From IMG/VR virus record IMGVR_UViG_3300042924_001821, positions 1-53,215 of that record: a stretch of 53,215 nt of DNA, one strand, 5' to 3'. The position numbers and the translations under genes were made by a program. Below, piece by piece: positions 46,432 to 53,215 of the stretch (positions are counted from its first letter, which is position 1; every line of letters begins with the position of its first letter). The stretch comes from a virus (taxonomy: Duplodnaviria; Caudoviricetes). The notes beneath the pieces were generated by a model that made no database searches, was not told the origin of the DNA, and saw only the letters and a program-made list of their open reading frames with translations.

Positions 46432-46691
46432 AGGCAGTATCAGATTCTCGTAGGATCAAGAACAAAGAATATAGTGAAGTCAGAAAACAATACCTCGAAA
46501 AAGTCCAAGGCAAGTGTGAGGTATGCGGCGGGCAAGCCACGGACATACATCACAAAAGCAAAAGAGGAAAGAACCTATCAGTATCATCCACTTTCATGGC
46601 GGTATGCCGCCCTTGTCACATTAAAATAGAAACAAATCGAGCTTGGGCCAGAGAGAACAATTATCTAATTTATGAATACAAACACGTTTGA
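46368..46691 (+). CDS. Small HNH endonuclease
   Basis: CEVCG..ATDIHH...VCRPCH. Confidence 0.8.
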   Translation: MLRRKTPLKAKTGFKKRGGKLKAVSDSRRIKNKEYSEVRKQYLEKVQGKCEVCGGQATDIHHKSKRGKNLSVSSTFMAVCRPCHIKIETNRAWARENNYLIYEYKHV

Positions 46692-46896
46692 ATCCCGCAT
46701 CATCTGCGAGGGAACTGAGGTAACCAATACACCGGAGAAGATTCTATTTCGTCAGAAGTTCAATCAATGCTGGGTGAAGAAGAAAGACATCCGACTTAAC
46801 GAGCAACTTGGTTATCTTGACGGAGAGAAAATGATCCGTATTGTAGTTCCAGAAGAAGTAGCAAATACTTTGGAACTTGAAGGAATATTGGATTGA
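46672..46896 (+). CDS. Hypothetical protein
   Basis: 74 aa, end of operon. Confidence 0.55.
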   Translation: MNTNTFESRIICEGTEVTNTPEKILFRQKFNQCWVKKKDIRLNEQLGYLDGEKMIRIVVPEEVANTLELEGILD

Positions 46897-46897
46897 G

Positions 46898-46926
46898 TTA
46901 TACTGATTTTAGCTAAATTAGTATAA
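46898..46926. terminator. AT-rich hairpin between convergent genes
   Basis: TTATACTGATTT...AAATTAGTATAA. Confidence 0.45.
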
Positions 46927-46937
46927 ACTTAGTATAT

Positions 46938-48791
46938 TTACCAATCTCCATTATCATCTGATGAGTAAGCGTCGTCATCAGAGAATGATTCAACTGGCTT
47001 TTCATCTCGCGCCCAAAATCGGTTAGTTGGAACTGGTTTATCGTTTCCGATAAAAACGAGTCCATTACGCCGCGCCATTTCGAGGCAGTAAAGATAACTA
47101 TCTGCCAAGTCGGGTGAGAACCCAGTCCTACCCTTGAAGTCATCTTTGGTTTCTACGGAAATCTTCTTGGACTTAATGGTGTATCGGCGCAGGCAAAGTT
47201 CCCTCGACAAATCAGATGATGGTGCAACGCCGAATAGAACTCGACTCTTGAATCCATGATAGGCCGAATACCAATACTCAGATACAAGCCTATCATAAAC
47301 ATCCTTACACGGGCGTTTATCTACCTCTGCTGCGATTCGATCGGTAGGTTTACCCATAGATGAGATAAGAGCGATTGCCGCGCCGCCAGCGTCAAAGCGT
47401 AGCCACTCACGAATGATAGCTTGTCCAACTCGACCACCATCACCGGACACGTCCATACCAAACTTGGATGGTTGAACTCCAGCAGTTCTACAGAACCCAA
47501 CAACTTCAGTAGCCAACTGAATTTCAAACTCGGCAGCGGCGTTAGCGGATAACTGGATAATCTTCTGATCTTCCAACCACATCACACGATTACGAGTCCC
47601 GCGCACATATCCTAACTTAGCGATAGTCAGAACGCATCGGTCACCGCCAACTGTAAACGCAGTATCGAATCCAGCAACCTTGGTAAATCCTTCTGAATCC
47701 CAAAGTGGCTCTTCGTTCGTATCAGCATTACGGATCAAGTCGGCAGTAAGAATAGTCTGAGCAAATCCCGACTTCGGCCACCAACCAATCGCGTTACGAA
47801 CATAGTCGATAGCATTCTCATCTCCGTAACACTGCTTGAGCATGATCTCTTGTTTCTTGCGATCCATCAAGAAAGGGAATGGAGAAGGTTCATTGGCAGG
47901 CGCAGCGAAGTTAGGGCTACGCATACCATTGTAGAACAAGCAAACGCCAGTCTCAGTCTCCCACTTATCCATATCTGGATTCACTGCATCAAAGTTAGAA
48001 GCACCTTTAGGCATTGCCCAACGAGTGTGAGGATTGTCACCAGCAGATGGGTTTCCGATACCGATAAATGTCACATCGTTGTTAGCGGATAAGTTGACCT
48101 TGGCAGTAATCGCGCCCAACTCCATTTCTGGCAACTCATCAAGTGCCAATCTAATACGATCATTCTTACGACCACGGGTGGTATCAATAGCCTTCTGACC
48201 CTCATTACCAGATTGGAACGCGAGAGCTTTTATCGCATTACGATAATCTTTATCCTCATCGTTAGACGCGCCACCCCAAACAATCATGTGGCGATAGTCG
48301 ATGAGCTTGCCAAACTGAACGCGAGCAGACTTCCATAACTTGGAGATGATACCCCAAATACGATCCTCGGACGCGCCCAATGTAGTAGTAGCCACCCAAG
48401 ATGAAGTGCAATGCGGTGCAGCGCACCAATCAAGATAGACCCATAATCCAACTGGAAAGGATTTACCCATCGAGGCAGCTCCGGCCAAACAAATGTCTTG
48501 ATTATTACAAAGTTCTTCAAGCGTCCTTAACAACTGGGTATTGGTGTAACCACGATTAACGATAGAAACTTCAGTCGGCCATTGGAGTTTGACGGCATTA
48601 ATGAAGTGTTCGTGTGGTGAGAGTAATTTAAAATCTGACAGATTTATATTTTGTTTGGTGCAATAGTCTTTTCCATACTCGCCTCGGCTTATAGCGTAGC
48701 AGTATAACTCAATACCAAGATCATCCATGTTTTCTGGGAATTGAATTCCGTAACGACGAATACCTTTGTTTGAAGAAAAAACTCTTGACAT
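46938..48791 (-). CDS. terL: Terminase large subunit
   Basis: GAASMGKS (Walker A), LALDE (Walker B), GNP, RNase H-like AGFDTA..GGDRC and SPDLADS; start moved to MSRVFSS because the longer ORF overlaps the divergent gene. Confidence 0.88.
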   Translation of the reverse strand: MSRVFSSNKGIRRYGIQFPENMDDLGIELYCYAISRGEYGKDYCTKQNINLSDFKLLSPHEHFINAVKLQWPTEVSIVNRGYTNTQLLRTLEELCNNQDICLAGAASMGKSFPVGLWVYLDWCAAPHCTSSWVATTTLGASEDRIWGIISKLWKSARVQFGKLIDYRHMIVWGGASNDEDKDYRNAIKALAFQSGNEGQKAIDTTRGRKNDRIRLALDELPEMELGAITAKVNLSANNDVTFIGIGNPSAGDNPHTRWAMPKGASNFDAVNPDMDKWETETGVCLFYNGMRSPNFAAPANEPSPFPFLMDRKKQEIMLKQCYGDENAIDYVRNAIGWWPKSGFAQTILTADLIRNADTNEEPLWDSEGFTKVAGFDTAFTVGGDRCVLTIAKLGYVRGTRNRVMWLEDQKIIQLSANAAAEFEIQLATEVVGFCRTAGVQPSKFGMDVSGDGGRVGQAIIREWLRFDAGGAAIALISSMGKPTDRIAAEVDKRPCKDVYDRLVSEYWYSAYHGFKSRVLFGVAPSSDLSRELCLRRYTIKSKKISVETKDDFKGRTGFSPDLADSYLYCLEMARRNGLVFIGNDKPVPTNRFWARDEKPVESFSDDDAYSSDDNGDW

Positions 48792-48827
48792 ATCAATAAG
48801 AAAATATATTTTCCGACGAAAGGCAAG

Positions 48828-49205
48828 ATGAAACTGAAAAACAAAAACCTCGCACCAGTCGGCGGTTGGTATTGGCGTTATGAGATCAAGCGCGATAAAC
48901 TCACGTTTCCAGCGATTGTTTACGGAAGCACATGGAGCGGGTTGATGCAGAACATCCAGAAAGACTATCGCTCCAACGGGGTTGAACTTCCTGCTAACAT
49001 TGAGCAGATGGTCGAAGATCAAATCTGCCAGCGTCAACCAAGTGAACGTTGTTGGTATAGCGATGGACTTGGAGATAAGATTGCACAGGTTATTCACACA
49101 GTAGCCAAGACTACTGACAAAGTTTTAGGAACTAAACTTGAGCATAAAGCTCGCGGATGTAGTTCGTGTAACAAACGAAGAAATGCCTTGAATTCATTAG
49201 CGTAA
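48828..49205 (+). CDS. Cys-containing hypothetical protein
   Basis: GLGDKIA...GCSSCNKRRNALN; TTGACA-N16-TATTTT at 48785-48812. Confidence 0.65.
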   Translation: MKLKNKNLAPVGGWYWRYEIKRDKLTFPAIVYGSTWSGLMQNIQKDYRSNGVELPANIEQMVEDQICQRQPSERCWYSDGLGDKIAQVIHTVAKTTDKVLGTKLEHKARGCSSCNKRRNALNSLA

Positions 49206-49224
49206 AAGATAAAAGTAAAATTCT

Positions 49225-51732
49225 ATGCTCTCAATCGGCTCCGACAACTTTTCCCTTGCAGTTTTAGATCAAGACGGCAAGCCACCCGAAACACGAATTT
49301 CTAACGCCTCGCACGCCTGGAACATCGCAAATCATCTTCGTCTTGCTAATATAGGTCGAGAGAACAAGCGTTTACGAATTTTTAAAGCGTATAAATCTTT
49401 TCCTCCAACTGGTTATAGCAAGCTCGCAGAAAAACGTCTTCCTTGGCAGTCTGATGTGAACTACGGACAACTTGCATTTATCGTTGATAACCAGAAGTCC
49501 AGTTACTACGATGTCATTACGGAACGGCAGGCTTGCTGCACGATCAAGACAAAGTATGGAAACGAAAAAGAACGGCTCGTTAACTCCGAAAACATTTCCA
49601 TCGCATTTGACCAAGCAATCCGCGAATGGCCCGGATACCTCTACAACACAGAGCAAGACCTTGAGGAAATGTTGCTGTATGGAAAAGGAATCGGAATGTG
49701 GGATTCACCTATGGGATGGATGCCAGAACACGTCTTTCTCTCCGACCTTCTCTTTCCAGACGACATTAGGATCGACTTCTGCAACCTTGAGGAGTTTGTT
49801 CGCCGTGTCCGTTTGACACCATACGAACTCTACAAGAAGATTGAGAATCGTGCAGCGGCAGAAGCAATGGGCTGGAATGTGGACGCAGCAATTGATGCGA
49901 TCCGATTCCACCGCGCATTCAGCAATCACCGCAAGACCCGCGAAGACTTCTTCCGCACGATCAGCGAGGCAGGATTCAACTGGTCATTGTCTGTAAACCA
50001 AAAGATTGACCTCTACGAAGTATACTGGAGGGAGTTCGACGGAAAGATCAGCAAGGCGATTATCCTCCAAGACTACCAGCCAATCTCCGACTACATCAAC
50101 TCCAACATCAAAGGAGCAGGCAAGATCAGTGAAGATGACATCAGAACCCAGCACGGGTTTATGATGCTCAAGGTAGGACTATTCAACTCATGGGATGAGA
50201 TCATGTATATGCTCACCGATTCGGTGGGAAGCGGACTCTTTCAAGACATCAAGAGCCAAGCGGAATCGGCGTTCGTCGCCTGCCGTCAGTATGACTTCAC
50301 AATGAACTCGCTGGTAGATGCGGTGCGACTCAACTCCATGCTGATGATTGAGGGACAAGGCCCAGATGCAACCAAGATGCTGAAGCAGATGGAATGGCTA
50401 CCAATTAGCGTGATGCCAGATGGTGCTAAGTTCATTCAGAACCGCTTCCAACTTCCAGTAGCAGAGAGTATGAGCTTCATGCAATTCTTCATGGGAGATA
50501 TGTATCGCGGCATGGGGCAGTATCGAATTAATGCTCCTACCGCTGGAGGAAAGCAACGCACCAAAGGCGAAGCGGAACTTGATGCCGCTGAATCAGCCAA
50601 ATTGTCTGGAACTCAAATCCGTCGATTCAATGAGTGTCAAACGCTTTACTTCAAGCAACTCTACAAACGATTTGTAAACTCCAAATCCAGCGATGATGGA
50701 TATGATTATGTTAAGAAGTTCTATGAAATCTTGGATGAACTTGGAACGCCAAGGGAAGCCGCGCAATGGAAAAATATTACCAGTATCCGTTCTAATCTTA
50801 TCAATGGAGCGGGAAGCCCATCGTTCAAGCTAATTACGGCAGAGAAGTTGCTGAACATCACGGCAATCACTCCAGCCAACGAGGGGCAAGAGAACGCAGT
50901 TAAGGATGCAATCGCGGCACTCTCTGGACGAGACAACGTAGCTCGCTACCGGAATACTAAGGTCAGCAAGATTGATGATACCGCTCGTATCATCGGATTT
51001 GAAAATGCTGGTATGACTGATGCGTTCGTCAATCCTGCAAACTTCCCTGTGCTACCAACTGATCCGCACATCGAACACGCGCAAGGTCACTTCCAAGATT
51101 TGGTCATGCAGTTGCAGATGAATATGCAGTCTGTGCAGCAAGGCCAACCAGAGTTTGCTGAAATCTCGAAAGCGGTTCGTGCAATCAAATTCAAGGGTGG
51201 TCACATCATGGCGCACGTTGAGTATATCAGCAAAGACCAATCCAAGCAGGACTTCTTGAAACAATTCATGCAGGGAATGAACGAGGCTCAGAAGATGGCC
51301 GACGAACTTCAGCAAGTTTACGTCCAGATGGCAGAAGCCGAAGCTCAGAAATCTGGTCAACCAAACTCCGAGGAAGACATCAAACTTCAATACCTCGCCG
51401 CTAAGTCTGGCATCGAAATCGACACCAAGAAGAAACTCGCCGACATCTCAATTGGAAAGGCTTCTATCAGTCACGCTCAACGCACAGAACAACGCAAGGA
51501 ACAGGGTATCACTCAACTTGCGCTTCAGAAGGCTAAGGCTCGTGCTGAGATTCAGAAGGAGAAAGCCAAGCAAGCAACAATGAAAGGCAAGCAGTCTCCA
51601 GAGATGGAAGAGCCAGAAATGGAAGAAGAGGAGCCAGAGGAAATGGAGACTGAAACCGAAGAGGTTGAGACTCCAGAAGGAACCGAAGAAGTTGAGATGG
51701 AGAATAATATCACACCAATGACACCACAATGA
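49225..51732 (+). CDS. Portal protein
   Basis: 835 aa next to terL; RTKGEA motif, helical Gln-rich barrel-like C-terminus with acidic tail as in P22-like portals. Confidence 0.7.
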   Translation: MLSIGSDNFSLAVLDQDGKPPETRISNASHAWNIANHLRLANIGRENKRLRIFKAYKSFPPTGYSKLAEKRLPWQSDVNYGQLAFIVDNQKSSYYDVITERQACCTIKTKYGNEKERLVNSENISIAFDQAIREWPGYLYNTEQDLEEMLLYGKGIGMWDSPMGWMPEHVFLSDLLFPDDIRIDFCNLEEFVRRVRLTPYELYKKIENRAAAEAMGWNVDAAIDAIRFHRAFSNHRKTREDFFRTISEAGFNWSLSVNQKIDLYEVYWREFDGKISKAIILQDYQPISDYINSNIKGAGKISEDDIRTQHGFMMLKVGLFNSWDEIMYMLTDSVGSGLFQDIKSQAESAFVACRQYDFTMNSLVDAVRLNSMLMIEGQGPDATKMLKQMEWLPISVMPDGAKFIQNRFQLPVAESMSFMQFFMGDMYRGMGQYRINAPTAGGKQRTKGEAELDAAESAKLSGTQIRRFNECQTLYFKQLYKRFVNSKSSDDGYDYVKKFYEILDELGTPREAAQWKNITSIRSNLINGAGSPSFKLITAEKLLNITAITPANEGQENAVKDAIAALSGRDNVARYRNTKVSKIDDTARIIGFENAGMTDAFVNPANFPVLPTDPHIEHAQGHFQDLVMQLQMNMQSVQQGQPEFAEISKAVRAIKFKGGHIMAHVEYISKDQSKQDFLKQFMQGMNEAQKMADELQQVYVQMAEAEAQKSGQPNSEEDIKLQYLAAKSGIEIDTKKKLADISIGKASISHAQRTEQRKEQGITQLALQKAKARAEIQKEKAKQATMKGKQSPEMEEPEMEEEEPEEMETETEEVETPEGTEEVEMENNITPMTPQ

Positions 51733-51974
51733 CAACCGAAAAAATAAAATCCCTATGCGCGGCAATAACCTCACACGAAGACTGGAACAAACTACAGGCG
51801 TATTTACTACTTAATGTAAACCCACCAGAAGGAGTAACCACACTTATCCATGCAATCAAAACTATTGATGCTATTGGAACGGAAGAGCAAGGAGCATTCA
51901 AAAAAACAAAAGCTACTGCAAAGCATAAAGAGCCTGCGGATAGCGCGGTTGATCCAGACCTCGACGAAATCTAA
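51729..51974 (+). CDS. Hypothetical protein
   Basis: Small gene between portal and scaffold. Confidence 0.6.
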   Translation: MTTEKIKSLCAAITSHEDWNKLQAYLLLNVNPPEGVTTLIHAIKTIDAIGTEEQGAFKKTKATAKHKEPADSAVDPDLDEI

Positions 51975-51977
51975 TTT

Positions 51978-53215
51978 ATGGCAGACACAAACGACACAGC
52001 AGACGTAATCGCGGAACTGAAATCTAAACCTCAAGTCCCGATTAAAGGTAACACATCTGACTTCCTCAAGAAGTTCAGCAAACAACAAGCCGACGAAGGC
52101 AAGCCAAGCGCAACGAATGTTGGCGACCCTAACCTTGGAATACCTAAATACAATGAAGAAGAACCACAAGAAGAACCAACAGGAGTTACCGAAGCTGAAA
52201 TCACGTCTGACCGGACGGGGAAGAAAAAAGGATTCGTTGAGCGGCAAATCGAAGAGAACCGCAAGCTCAAAGAAGAACTTGAGAAATACAAGAAAGATGA
52301 AATCCCCAAGTTTGAAACAAAAATCCAAGAACTTGAACGACTGGTATCCGAGTCAAAATCGACGGCAGAAACCAACCACTACCAAGATCAACTCAACAAA
52401 GCCAATCAAGAGAAGTTGGAGGTTGAGCAACAACTATCAGAGCAGATCAAGGAACTCCGAAGCAAACTCGATTTTCACGACATTACGAGTAATCCTGACT
52501 TCAAAAAGAATTACCTCGATCCTATCAAGAATACCTACGATACTGCGAGACAGTTGCTATCGAATGATCCAACGCTTCTTTCAACATTCTCCCGTGCTGT
52601 CAATGCAAACGCCTCCATCTTCAATGCGGCATCCGAAGAGGATCGTCGAGCGGCGGAAGCCGACCGCGACCAAGCGTTCGAGGAAATCACGAACTCGCTT
52701 TCGCAATTCAAGCAGTATCAATTCGCAGAGCAAGTCAACAGCTTCATCAAAGCAACTCAAAACCACCATTCAGCCCTCGTCAACTTTGAGGAAACCAAGC
52801 AGAACATCCTTCAAACAGCAAAACAACGGGAGCAAGAAGGTAGGAATAAGTATCTGAATCAGTGGCGCGAAAGCTACAAGAACACACAGCAGGAGATCGA
52901 CAACGCTACGGCAATCCCAGATACCCTTGCTGACTACATGAAGGAAAAGGGAATCAAGTTTGACTTGTCGCGTGACGAGGCTATCGCGCTTGCTGCGACT
53001 CAGCAGAGCAACGAACAAGCATCGGTGGAAGACATGAATCGGTTGATCCACCAAGGCCGTGCATACCAAAAGATGCAGGCTCAACTGAAGGCATTGCATG
53101 AAATGGTAAAAGAGAAAGATGAGTATATCGCGCAACTGAAAGGTTCGTCGCGCATCACATCTTCGCCAAGTGCATCGGATTCCCAGAAACCAAGAATGAG
53201 TATTGCTGAAGGGCT
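51978..53215 (+). CDS. Probable capsid scaffolding protein (3' truncated, not in ORF track)
   Basis: MADTNDTADVIAELKSKP... open to the window end; acidic coiled coil; follows portal. Confidence 0.65.
   Translation, partial: MADTNDTADVIAELKSKPQVPIKGNTSDFLKKFSKQQADEGKPSATNVGDPNLGIPKYNEEEPQEEPTGVTEAEITSDRTGKKKGFVERQIEENRKLKEELEKYKKDEIPKFETKIQELERLVSESKSTAETNHYQDQLNKANQEKLEVEQQLSEQIKELRSKLDFHDITSNPDFKKNYLDPIKNTYDTARQLLSNDPTLLSTFSRAVNANASIFNAASEEDRRAAEADRDQAFEEITNSLSQFKQYQFAEQVNSFIKATQNHHSALVNFEETKQNILQTAKQREQEGRNKYLNQWRESYKNTQQEIDNATAIPDTLADYMKEKGIKFDLSRDEAIALAATQQSNEQASVEDMNRLIHQGRAYQKMQAQLKALHEMVKEKDEYIAQLKGSSRITSSPSASDSQKPRMSIAEG

Noticed and set aside
30375-46896. Integrase or classical lysogeny module
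   Set aside because: No tyrosine or serine recombinase motifs recognised; only an XRE regulator
1527-47053. Palindrome as a CRISPR repeat, REP element or simple late promoter
   Set aside because: Copies are kilobases apart, only 16 bp, and many lie mid-gene in either orientation
48792-49097. N-terminal extension of terL in the ORF track
   Set aside because: Overlaps the credible divergent gene at 48828; ATG 48791 is the more plausible start
52117-52857. 246-aa plus-strand ORF in the track
   Set aside because: Alternate frame of the scaffold-like gene that starts at 51978 and runs off the window
1-53215. Alternative genetic code (stop reassignment)
   Set aside because: TAA, TGA and TAG all end well-coupled genes and long genes are intact in the standard code; only isolated internal stops were seen

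Overview
The window is almost the whole genome (about 54-55 kb inferred) of a tailed dsDNA bacteriophage. It opens inside the probable major capsid gene and ends inside the probable scaffold gene, so it looks circularly permuted with a small gap. Plus strand 1-25.6 kb holds capsid, decoration and collagen/Gly-rich fibre genes, a lysis cassette interrupted by an antisense HNH-type gene, podovirus-like tail genes and three large internal/ejection proteins. Plus strand 25.8-30.3 kb holds a PD-(D/E)xK nuclease, an SSB-like gene and small ORFs. Mostly minus strand 30.4-45.9 kb holds an SF2 helicase, a plus-strand terS candidate, small early genes, a 0.85 kb non-coding block, dCMP deaminase, a GT4 glycosyltransferase, small basic proteins, a resolvase, DnaB and an iteron-bearing replication initiator. 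The end holds XRE/HNH genes, terL on the minus strand, then portal and scaffold. I recognised no DNA or RNA polymerase, integrase, tRNA or CRISPR array. The strongest unexplained signals are DNA/RNA elements: (1) about 17 copies of the palindrome TTATCG-KWWM-CGATAA dispersed genome-wide, half inside genes; (2) a strand-polar TGTGGAGGG cluster around terS; (3) a structured antisense/attenuator-like leader ahead of the replication operon; (4) a candidate sRNA complementary to the nuclease start; (5) a CBM5/12-like domain split over two fibre genes; (6) cassette-like small genes with conserved junctions. All calls come from reading motifs by eye, with no database searches, so counts may be slightly incomplete.
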